Of a stretch of 64,000 bases of DNA, positions 52,861 through 64,000 are shown in pieces. A model generated the notes under the pieces. The model worked only from the letters and a program-made list of their open reading frames with translations. It had not been told where the DNA came from and did no database searches. The DNA is from Octopus vulgaris. Its lineage: Eukaryota. The number at the start of each line of letters is the position of its first letter. The stretch's first letter is position 1. The translations under genes and the position numbers were made by a program. The stretch is taken from NCBI GenBank assembly GCA_951406725.2, contig OX597815.1, positions 109,740,001 through 109,804,000 on the forward strand. Reading direction: 5' to 3'.

Positions 52861-53394
52861 GCCGGATCGTGTCTACATATGGCTAACTATTTGTTATGTT
52901 TTTGGTCCCTCCCCCCCCCCCGAGATTACAGATAGGACTTGCTTTCTATACTGTGTCCACATACAAGCTTTTTATCTCTCTATAATTTTACCTATATTTC
53001 TTTATATTTTTAATATATCTTTTTACATATTTATAGAGATATTGGTTTATAGTTATATTGCTCATATTTTTTTTTACACTTAATTTTTCTGTATTCTACC
53101 GTCCACCCTGCATTTTTCCTGTGCGTATATATACGTGTATAGGGATTTTTTTGTGCGCACGTGCGGATGTGTGCGGATGTGTGCGTGTGCGGGTATGTGC
53201 GTATACAGACGTGTGTGTGTGTGTGCGTGCATGCGAGTATGTGCGTATATAGATGTGTTTTACTCTTATTGCTTATTTTTACACTTTTTTTACACATTTT
53301 TCTGTATTTTGTCTTCACCCTGTTTTTTCTTGTGCATGTGCGCATATAGACGTGTGCATTAACCTTTTTTGTGTGCGTGACAATTATTCGGTAG

Positions 53395-53460
53395 CCATGA
53401 TAAAACTCCGAGTTTCGGATGTCGGGGCGGAAATTCACTCCGGTATCTCTTCAGTGATCG
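53395..53460 (-). ncRNA. hammerhead-ribozyme-like motif, second PLE copy
   Basis: Minus strand CTGAAGA-GATACCGGAGTG..CCGCCCCGACATCC-GAAACT-CGG-AGTTT; canonical CUGANGA and GAAA boxes. Confidence 0.55.
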
Positions 53461-53514
53461 GGCCGTATATATATGGCAAATGAAAGATGGAAGAAAGAAT
53501 ATACGAGAATTTAT

Positions 53515-53630
53515 TATTAATCAAGACAATTATTTCGACACATCTAACGTCGATTTCTCTTGGGTGGGACACTCAACAACTAGTTCAAGAGCATCCGGTG
53601 GTGCAGATGTCCCTCGTCGGGTGATGAATA
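53515..53630 (-). ncRNA. minimal type I hammerhead-like motif (different family)
   Basis: Minus strand TATTCATCAC-CCGACGA-GGGACATCTG…TAGATGTGTC-GAAAT-AATT-GTC-TTGATTAATA: partly paired stem I, stem II, short palindromic stem III, GUC site; core has a U4C change. Confidence 0.5.
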
Positions 53631-53778
53631 AATACAACTCATTAAAATGGCTGTTCCGCAATGTAACTTTCCGTTTTGTAGAGAGAAAAGCAGCCAAACG
53701 GAAGAAATATCTTCATTTGTATAGATCAAAAATAAAATCACAGATGGGAGAAAGAGAAACGAATACGCAATCCAGCGA

Positions 53779-53840
<62 letters not shown>

Positions 53841-54017
53841 CCGGCCGCCAACACTTTTTTCTGCAAAATAAGGGTAGCTTATCCTGTTCAGGCTATATTA
53901 TTATCATTATCCTGCGTTTGAGAATTTAAAATCACTTCTTTAACTTTCTAAGACATCTCAACGCTTCTAATGTAAACTTTGTTTGTTAGTTTACGTTCAT
54001 CGTAATTTGAATTTATA

Positions 54018-54291
54018 TATCACCGTGATTACCGTGACCGACCAGGCTATCAGATGTTGCTAAACATCGCTGGTCACAATGCGCTTCGCATTGTTTTAGC
54101 CTTTACATGACGCCACCCCGCTGGCTATGCGAGCAGGCCAACAGAAGAAAAAGTGAGAGAAAGTTGTGGCGAAAAAGTACAGCAGGGATCGCCACCATCC
54201 CCTGCCGGAGCCTCGTGGAGCTTTAGGTGTTTTTGCTCAATAAACACTCACAATGCCTGGTCTGGGAATCGAAACTGCGATCCTACGACCT
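54018..54291 (-). mobile_element. SINE related to family D with a different 3' tail
   Basis: 54150-54290 matches 17030-17168; 54018-54145 is unrelated to 16903-17025. Confidence 0.8.
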
Positions 54292-55124
54292 ATATATTTA
54301 TATTTATCTCTATATATATATATATATAAATATATTGTTGAAAAGGAGTTAAGAGTTCATACAAATCAAAAATTATAGTTAAACAAGTATACAAATTTTG
54401 AAAAGGCACAAAATTATATTTTAAAGAATGTTTAATATTTTTGTTTGTGTGACTGATTTATAAGATATATCTATCTGATATTAGAAAGAATTCTCTGGGA
54501 CGTCAGAGAGGAAATAAAATTGTGGGATTTTAACAGTTTGTACCTATATTTGAGTTATTATTTTTAGCAACCCCCCCCCTTCCGACACACACATATTGAG
54601 GTATTCAGAGAGAGAGAGGGGGGGGAGAAAAAGAGAGAGTTGTGTATGTGTGTTTATATTCTGTAGAGTCTAAATGTAGAATAGGAAACGGAATGCCTTT
54701 CACTATTGAATTCGGTCTCTTCATGTTCTGAGTTCAGATTCCTGCTATCATCTTTGCTTTTTCCCTTTTGCAGGTTCTATAAAATTACTACGAAGTGAAT
54801 TCCCTGACAAAATAAATCAATTTAACATTCCCTTTGTATGTTGGGGTACTTGTGTGAAACGGCAAAAATATGTATTTCTTTCAGGAGAGTTGTTTGCCCT
54901 TACATTCTTAGGAGAGGCGCAAGCTAAATAATCCTAATCAGTATGGTAAGCAAAGGTCTGCGATTCATATTAAACTATTGTCCTGCAAACTATATTAAAG
55001 TTTTATCTTCGTAACTGGGATGGTGCAATATCACCTATACTTATACGCTAAGCACATTGTCCGGAGTGTTGATGTTTCTACCAGCTTGCCGCCTTGGTGT
55101 AGCCGATAGCATCGGTTTCAAATT

Positions 55125-55305
55125 TTGGCGCAAGACCGACAATTTCGGGGGGGGGTTAGTCTGTTACATCGATCCCAGTGTTCAACTGGTGCTTATCTTA
55201 TTTCCACCGAAAGAAAGAGCGGCAAAGTCGATGTAGAGCATAAAGACAGAGCATATGCTTCTAAGCATTTTGCCCGGCGTAGAAACGACTCGGCCAGCTC
55301 GCCGC
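55125..55305 (-). mobile_element. SINE family A, degenerate
   Basis: CATCGATCCCAGTG..GGCAAAGTCG..GCCAGCTCGCCGC. Confidence 0.6.
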
Positions 55306-56569
55306 TTTTGTTTAGCTGATAATATCGACACCAGTCCTTGATTACTATTCATGTTATTGACTAGGAAGTATTAAAGGTAAAGTTGATCTTGGCGCGATTT
55401 GAACTCATGACGCAGCTACTAGAACTGAAACTCATATCATCTGTTATACCCGCAACAAGCTAAATATGGAGTTACAAATTCACATTGTTGTGTGGCTAGG
55501 ACGATACTTTCGGAATTAAAAAGTAACAACATCACGTTTGAATCTGCTTGAGTTATTGAGGCGGCTCTGTTACTCAAAGCACCGAGCTTTAAGGCAAAAT
55601 GATGTGTTGGATGCAAGTCATCGAGTACAGAGTTCTGGTCTGGTCTCAGCAGTAAATGCCTTCCACTAATTATAACGAAAATGTGCTAAAGTAGTGGACC
55701 TCTAAGTTTTCAGTCGACTTTCTAGAAATAACATCCAAATTTCCCTCAAATCCAATATCATCTTAAATGAAAGAAGATATATCAAATAAGAGACCCTTAT
55801 AAAATTTTTGTCTGAAAAAGAAACAGAATTTTTATACTTTAATCTTTTTTATCATAGATTAGACTGACCATGATGTAACTGGGTAACGTAGTAGGAACGT
55901 ACACCTTAAGATCCTTAGAGTAATATATCAAAATCCAGAATTCTCGTTTCCATCCTATTCATATAATGTCTAATAGATATTTATGCAATCTCCTTTTTTG
56001 AAGAGTTGGAGTGGTAAACAAAAAAGGTAAGTAAGTAGTAAATTCAAGCATGCTGCATTAGCAGTTGGGGAAACTAGCTTCAGTTGGAAAATGAAACTAT
56101 ATTGCTCAATTACCTTTAGAAAAACATTCCTGTTGATTGTAGTGGCTGCTGCTTACTCGAAGATCATGTCTAACTTCAGAGGCATGTACAGTAAATATGG
56201 ATATTCCAACCGTAATGATTCCTTCATTTTGAATATGTAGAGGGTGTAGTCAAATGTCTCCTACCTTTTTTCAGGAGAGTCGTGTGTGAGCTAAGGGATG
56301 TTGGTTACAATTTTATGCAAGTTGATCAACTTCATACACAGCTTCCTATGTGACACAGCTACCTAAGTGACTCACTTTGCTTTATTTTGCTTGCCTCAAT
56401 ATTTTGAATATGTGCCTTTCATCCGCCAAGGGTCGCTAAAATAAAGTATCTGGTAAGTGCTGTTACCGATTTAGTCGATTAACTTCCATCACGCAAATTT
56501 CTAAACTTTTGCTTATGCTAGAAATAGTTATTATCATTACAATTCTTCTTCTTCTTCTTCTTCTTCTTC

Positions 56570-56627
<58 letters not shown>

Positions 56628-56644
56628 CATCATCATTATTATTA

Positions 56645-56870
56645 AGGTGGTGAGATGACAGAACTGTTAGCACGCCGGAAAAAAAGCTTAGCGGCATTTC
56701 GTCCGTTTTCACATTCAGTGTTCAAATTCCGCCAAGGTCGACTTTGATTTTCATCCTTTGGGAGTCGATAACTTAGGTACCAGTGAAACACTGGAAACGA
56801 TGAAATCGACTCATCTCCTCCTCCAAAATGGCTGCTCTTGTGACAAAATTTGAAGCCATTCTCATTATTA
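56645..56870 (+). mobile_element. SINE family A
   Basis: Head after (ATT)n, GTTCAAATTCCGCC, core, ATT tail. Confidence 0.8.
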
Positions 56871-56892
56871 TTATTGTTGGTGGTGGTGGTGG

Positions 56893-57423
56893 TGAGTGAA
56901 AGAGCAGTGCATGCCATCAAAGTGACACTGAGGTAAAATATGTGAAGCCCAGTATAGCTATCATGACTACCTGTTTGGTTAGAGTACACCAGCCACATGC
57001 ACCGTAACCATATGTGGGCGATATAGTGATAAACAGCTCTTAACCTTGTAGGTGGGGCCCAGTTAGAATTTTCTTCAAGTCGAGTAGCCCATACCACTCA
57101 AATGGTCCTTGAATAAAGGTTGTTTAAGGATGTTGAATGAAACATTGTTTCCAGAGGTGAATTATCCAGACCCCAAAGAATTCTTCACAACACATGGCTA
57201 TGATGCTTTCCCACTACTTCTTCTGGTGATCAGAGATGCACATATTGTCAGTCACTGAGGGACATGCTCCACTGGTTAAGGTCAAGCAACTGACAGGCAA
57301 ATCTGTAGTATTGAGCAGAATATTTGCTGTAACCCATCTTTTATACCGAAGCAAAACAATGTACATGATAACACTTCCAATCAGTTAAGATCAGAAGCCA
57401 TGAGAGCCACTGCCTGGTACTGC

Positions 57424-57424
<1 letters not shown>
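56893..57424 (-). mobile_element. family C copy (near full length)
   Basis: Same sequence as the other copies, flanked by ATT repeats. Confidence 0.85.
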
Positions 57425-57653
<229 letters not shown>

Positions 57654-57823
57654 CTCTGAAATTGCGGAACCGTTAGCACGCCGTGCAAAGTGCTTAGCGG
57701 CATTTCGCACGTCTTTACATTCTATAGCAGTCAATAAAATAAATACCAGTTCTGTGCTGGGGTTGATTTAATTGACTTACCCCCTTCCTCAAAATGTCAG
57801 GCCTTGTGCCTTTAGTAGAAAGG

Positions 57824-57889
<66 letters not shown>

Positions 57890-57909
57890 GTTGTTGTTGT
57901 TGTTGTTGT

Positions 57910-58237
57910 CTTTGCACAGCTTCTAACGCTGGTGATGTACTACGTTGACAGCTATTCACCCCTTATTTTCTGAGCACCTTTCGGAATATTCGAGCGGTTC
58001 GAAGCAGTGCTCTCAACACTACTTCTACTCGTGATCAGAAATGCACACATTGTCAGCCACTAAGTGACATGCTCAACTGATTAAAGTCAAACAATGGACA
58101 AGCAAATCTGTGGTATTGAGCAGAATATTTGCTGTAGCCCATCTTTTATACCAAGACAAAACAATGTACATGATAACACTTCCAATCAGTTAAGATCAGA
58201 AGCCATGGGAGCCACTGCCTGCTACTGCATCAGGGCA
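57910..58237 (-). mobile_element. family C 5' part fused to an R4-type 3' end
   Basis: 58012-58237 is family C; 57910-58010 reads ALLRTARIFRKVLRK* plus short UTR on the minus strand. Confidence 0.65.
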
Positions 58238-58254
58238 TTTATTATTATTATTAT

Positions 58255-58547
58255 CATTTTATGTTTGACTTTTGCTTTACATTTGTACAAATTGACTCCA
58301 AGTCTCCCCCCAGAGACCTCAAGAGACAACAAGTTGGAAGTTCATGTTGGTGTTATGCCTAGGGTGCCATATATTTGGTTTTGTACATAGTACTGTTCTA
58401 GAGAATGTTTAAGAAACCATAAGAAAATTATGCTTGTCTTAAAATTTGAGATTACATAGAAAGTATTTTGCGTAGGATATGAGCAGTTCCCATAAGCACT
58501 ATGTTTTGAATTTCTGTCATTTTGGGGTTTCCTGGTATCTGAGCTAG

Positions 58548-58550
<3 letters not shown>
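58255..58550 (-). mobile_element. R4/Dong-like 3' end
   Basis: Reverse complement of 25680-25910; encodes IQNIVLMGTAHILRKILSM*; in (ATT)n. Confidence 0.75.
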
Positions 58551-58607
<57 letters not shown>

Positions 58608-60259
58608 GTAGTCTTTGAGTTGGCCTTACGTCGCATCAGTTCCCAAACATTTGTTGGATTTTGTAGAAAACTGTGTACTATTATAAATTTTTGTTAAAAC
58701 TTCAAGTAAGGAATCACTATCGCAATAAGAACAATATTAACGACAAACTCAACAACAGCAGCAACTGTTGTAGGAACATAAACAACAATAACAGTAACTG
58801 CAGCAGCACCAACGGTAGCAGCGGTAACGTAAAAAGTAAAAACAAGAATACGACGACAACAAAGTAAGTATTGCGGAGACGACTTCAAATGCAAGCAATT
58901 TTTGTTGGGTTAGCGGCGTAATTAATGTATACTTCTTCCTCTCACTAAGTAACAAATGAGAGCAGAAGCGGCCTTCCTAACCAAGGTTTTGGCAGCGGCT
59001 GTCCAGAAGACAGTGGTGCATCACTCTGCCTCAAATAAATCCCGATGTCTAGAAACTGCGACATACGCCTAGACGAAAAGATATTTGAAACAAATGTGAG
59101 AAGATATAGATCACGTAACTCAAACAAAGCAGTTTGCGAGCGTCGCAGTCCTCTTCACGCGCGAAGCTCTGGCTCTAAAGCATTCTATAGCTCCCAGACG
59201 GGACAGGGATCTTACTTTCTGCCAATCATGTTGAGAGAGAAGAATCTGTCTCTTCAAATAGTGAGAGTTCTATTTGAGATGGACATCTGGTGGTACTTAG
59301 CCTGTGTCTGTTGGATGGCCGTAACTCCCTTCTCGAAGGGAAAAAACAGAAAAGGGGTTTCGGTTTTGGGCCACAGTGAAGATCTTCCTTCAGATCAAAC
59401 TGTAGGTGGGTGAAAAAATTCTCCAACCTTATACACCTGCTATATAAAGAGCTGCGTGTTATTGTTGAGAGAAGAAGACCATGATTCCAGATGTATGATG
59501 CGGAGGCCACTTCAGGGCTTTCTGTCTTAAACAAAAAGCAACAGCAGTGAAGAAAGCAAGAACAACAGAAAAAACATCACCGCTGAAAAAATACTCCTAG
59601 TTAACTACCTCTTTATTACTCTCCTTCACTCCTCTTTTTCTTTCAATAGCAAACACAAACATAGACTCACACGAAAACACACTGTCCTACACTACCCACA
59701 CGCATCGTCTCCTTCCGGCTTGAAATATAATCCTGCGATTACGTACATAATAAAAAAAAAGATGTTATAAATGCAAAACTCGGTAAAGCAGGGTGATAAG
59801 AGAAGGGATGTAAGATCCTCAGAAATTTTGAGTAGATTTCTCAAATGCTCCATTTTGGAGATAGGCAAAGAGCGTCGGATCGGAAGAGTATAGGATGACA
59901 ATAATTCAAACTGGTTAGCTACAGAGACAAGAAATTTGTGATCTGTATGGTCGACCTAAATAGGTTGCATAGACAAGAACTCAGTAACTGAAAGCTGAAC
60001 GTATCGTTATGGATGCATCATGTTTGCAGAGAAAGGATTATAGAACTAGTCAAAAGTTAGTTGACATAGGCAATCAAAACCCACCGATGGCGGATGGCCC
60101 TAGAAAGGTCTATTAGACTTGAATCGATAAGAGTTAATGAGGAAATAGCAATAGAGAATTCTAAGGCAGAGGAAGAGCTAGTTAGTAACATAGTTAGTAA
60201 CATAGAAGAGGTGCTGCATGCTTAAATCAGAAGGAAGTACTACATCAACAACAGCAACT

Positions 60260-60300
<41 letters not shown>

Positions 60301-60415
60301 ATATATATATATATATATACATATATAAATATAAATATACATACATATATGCATACATAAACATATATATATACATACATATATACATACATAAAAATAT
60401 ATACATACATGCATA

Positions 60416-60466
<51 letters not shown>

Positions 60467-60467
<1 letters not shown>

Positions 60468-60847
60468 GGCGCAGTCGTGGGTGTGTGGTAAGAAGCTTGC
60501 TACCCAACCACATGATTTCGGGTTCAGTCCCACTGTGTTATACCTCGGGTAAATAACTTCTACAACAGCCACGGGCCAACCGAAGCCTTGTGCGTGGATT
60601 TGATAGACAGAAACTGAAAGAATCTCGTCGTATATATATGTCGTGTATATATATATGTGTGTGTGTGTGTGTACGCGTGCGTACGTGTCTTTCTGTCTGT
60701 GTTTCGCTCCACCACCGATTCACAACCAGTGCTGGCGTATTTACTTCCCGGTAACTTAAAGGTTCGGTAAGAATACCGAAAGCATATGTACCACGCATTA
60801 AAATTAACGTACTGGGATCGATGCGTTCGACCAAAAGAGAAAGCAAC
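60467..60847 (+). mobile_element. SINE family B interrupted by a MITE
   Basis: GGCGCAGTCGTGGGTGTGTGGTAAG..GGTTCAGTCCC.. up to the MITE TSD. Confidence 0.75.
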
Positions 60848-61285
60848 GGATATTTTCGGTTTGAACGGCAGTTTTTTTAAAATAATTTCCCCGGAACTAA
60901 ACACTTTTAAACTTCGTATACTGGTACAATGTGTTTATAAAACATCTTTTTCTCTTGGCTTTATTGAGAAAATTCTATAGTTTGTAAGATATTTGTTGTT
61001 TTTTTCTTCAATTTCTGCAATTTCAACCAATCAATGAGTCTATTGAGGTAAAAAACATTCTGTGCCGTATGAATATGTCCCTCGTTTAAGAAACAGATTG
61101 GGTTTATTTACATTTGTGAAGAAAAAAGATACTCTTCCCCCCACCCCTAACCCTAACACTAACACTAACTAACCCTAACCCTAAAACAGATTGAAATGCA
61201 ATAGATCGATACTAGGGTCATAATTATGGGTGACAATTTCATATGACACCGCTAGAAAAAACTGCCGTTCAAACCGAAAAGATCC
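60848..61285. mobile_element. Merlin-type MITE with 8-bp TSD and internal (CCCTAA)-like repeats
   Basis: TIR GGAT(A/C)TTTTCGGTTTGAACGGCAGTTTTT; TSD AAAGCAAC at 60840-60847 and 61286-61293. Confidence 0.9.
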
Positions 61286-61404
61286 AAAGCAACTTCTTCA
61301 AAGCACTGACTATCTGCATAAAAACAAACTGAGCTTTTTCCATTAGCTCATTCATGACCATCTTTCGCTGTGGCTCCTACTTTAAATACATACATACATA
61401 CACA

Positions 61405-61462
<58 letters not shown>

Positions 61463-61496
61463 CACAAACACACACACACATATGTATGTATGGAGC

Positions 61497-61528
<32 letters not shown>

Positions 61529-61925
61529 GGAGAGATAGCTTAGATGAATATAGAATAGAAACAGAGAGATAGTTGTGCGTAGGGCAGGGGATGGATTTTA
61601 GCTAGATTGTCCGTAATATAAAATTAAAAGTCAGTTGATAAAAGTTTAAAAAGAAAGAAAACTGCAACTATAACAAACTGTTAAAGACGTGTTAAAAGTT
61701 GTAAACTATGTAAACTATGATACAAAAATATTTCTAAAAACATAGTAAGAACTGTTCTGTAATGCAGAAACGAACATCAAACCACAAAGCTCTCGAGAAG
61801 GAGAAAAAATGAAAGCTACAAAAACAAGAAAGCCACAACGCTATCAAAAGCAAACGGACAATCATACACAAAGCAAACACAAGATCATGCATACACACGA
61901 AAACACACACACACAGACACACACA

Positions 61926-61962
<37 letters not shown>

Positions 61963-62179
61963 ACATGTCTTGAAGAAGATAGAAAATATCAGTAAAATGT
62001 TCGATATATTGAAAATTCTATAATTCGGTCAGCGTATGGACAAAATGTTAAGTCCATATTTCACCATTGACTTCTGTTAATTGCTGTCTCAATAACAAAC
62101 ATCAAACACACAGCAGCAACGTGAGCAACAACACCATCATCAACAATAATATCAAACGCAACTAGTAACGCAACTAGTT

Positions 62180-62239
<60 letters not shown>

Positions 62240-63159
62240 CAGCAGTAGTAGTAGTAGTAGTAGTAGTAGACGGGTACACATCATCGTCCTCGTCGTCGTC
62301 ATCGTGTGTAACAAGAGCAATAAGATCATGAACAATTAAATGAAAAAAAAAAAAGAAACAGCAAAACTAAATGCGAAAACCTTTGATCTGGAGACTAAAA
62401 AGAAAATAATCCGCGAAAATCTGTACTGATAGCAAAGGATGGCAGAACAAACAGTATTTGACGGAAAGTTCATAGAATATCGGATGCATTATATTAATAA
62501 CACATATATAGAAAAAAAAAACGGGAGTGTACACAGACTTGCACATACTCACCCCCACACACATGCACACACACACATAGACAGACACATATATACATAT
62601 ACATAAATGCATACGTATTCACATATACACAGTCATAAACTCACGCCCGCGGATACGTTCACATGCATATAAATGTATATATCGAGAAAATATCGCATCT
62701 CCCCCGCCTTCCAAGCATGAGCCTCACAAACTAATAGAAGAGCGAAATCTCACTATCACTGAGAATCTATTCTGGTTCTTGGTGAACCCACGTGCCTAAC
62801 ATAGCACGAACTGTATTAGAGAAACTAGAAATCTCTTCGGATCGAAAAAATACTTCAGCCCACAACACCTACAAGCTGACAATAAGACTCAGAGGGATCA
62901 CATTCTGGAGTGTTGATCCAATATCTGATACAGTGGCAGCTGTTACATGTGCAGGTTATCCTAAGCCAGAGAATGATCACTCATCTAAGAGGAATGAAGT
63001 CACTCTGCCACACATTTGACCCTAAGACGTACGGCCTCCTCTAACTGCCTTTTATACCACAGTTACACAGCTAACTGGTGTGAGGACGCACGACTTACTG
63101 GTTAGGATGTTGCACTCACTTTCGCGAGATCGAAGTTCGGTTCCTGGACTAGACCTGTG

Positions 63160-63600
63160 GGATCTTTTCGGTTTGAACGGCAGTTTTTTCTAGCGGTGTC
63201 ATATGAAATTGTCACCCATAATTATGACCCTAGTATCGATCTATTGCATTTCAATCTGTTTTAGGGTTATGGTTAGTTAGTGTTAGTGTTAGGGTTAGGG
63301 GTGGGGTTAAGAGTATTTTTTTTTCTTCACAAATGTAAATAAACCCAATCTGTTTCTTAAACGAGTGACAGATTCATACGGCACAGAATGTTTTTTTTAC
63401 CTCAGTAGACGTTAGTGATTGGTTGAAATTGCAGAAATTGAAGTAAAAAAACAAACAAATATCTTACACAATAAAGAATTTTCTCAATAAAGCCAAGAGA
63501 AAAAGATGTTTTATAAACACATTCTACCAGTATACGAAGTTAAAAATTTTTAGTTACCTAGAAATTATGTTAAAAACTGCCGTTCAAACCGAAAAGATCC
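63160..63600. mobile_element. second copy of the Merlin-type MITE, inverted
   Basis: Same TIRs; TSD GACCTGTG at 63152-63159 and 63601-63608; interior is the reverse complement of 60848-61285. Confidence 0.9.
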
Positions 63601-64000
63601 GACCTGTGTTCTTAAGCAAAACATTTCACTTCATGTTGGTATGCGATCACTTCGACATCTGAATGTGTGACACACCATGCATCTGTACAGGCAATATTGA
63701 GCTGATGGAGATACTGAGAGAACCTACAGAACAATCATTTGATCACTATAAACAAACTATCTGAGCAGGTAGTTCAGTAATAAATTTCGGAAACATCGTT
63801 CTCGGGAGCCTACGGAGACATAGTCACCTGGTATTCAGACTAATCGATTTACACGTTTCCCTACTATCGTTATCCACATTGGATTTGTTATAGATTTAAA
63901 GATTTTCTATTTAAACGACTAACAACTAATTCTGTTTCGATATTCGGGACAACCAGTCCAATCGATATTGTTACCATTTAGTACACAGCACTAATGTCTG

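Larger units (their letters stand above)
50640..53460 (-). mobile_element. Penelope-like retroelement (PLE) with pseudo-LTRs
   Basis: Disrupted RT plus GIY-YIG on the minus strand, ~480-bp inverted repeats (51010-51495 vs 52865-53378) and ~75-bp direct repeats with hammerhead-like cores (50640-50717 vs 53379-53455). Confidence 0.9.

Noticed and set aside
53480-53929. 149-aa ORF next to the PLE
   Set aside because: Runs antisense through a hammerhead-like repeat and (TA)n; no recognisable domain
61143-61185. Telomere or chromosome-fusion scar
   Set aside because: The few degenerate CCCTAA units are internal to a MITE and are repeated in its second copy

Overview
AT-rich, microsatellite-saturated eukaryotic DNA. 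The tRNA-headed SINE families and (TA)n/(AAT)n load suggest an octopus or other coleoid cephalopod (inference). The only clear host gene is the main coding exon of an Sp6-9 (Sp8/Sp9-like) transcription factor at 42303-43514 (+), with a Btd box, three C2H2 fingers and a degenerate Sp box. The rest is mostly mobile DNA: a Penelope-like element (RT + GIY-YIG) with inverted and direct terminal repeats and hammerhead-like motifs; further hammerhead-like motifs, one in a TSD-flanked fold-back mini-element; R4/Dong-like retroelement relics and a ~560-bp non-coding partner family, both sitting in (AAT)n; a ~2.8-kb head-to-tail SINE array; CR1/L2-like and L1/Tx1-like LINE relics; a Helitron; a mariner relic; and several MITEs, including two inverted Merlin-type copies with telomere-like repeats. 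All calls were made by eye, without database searches or folding software.
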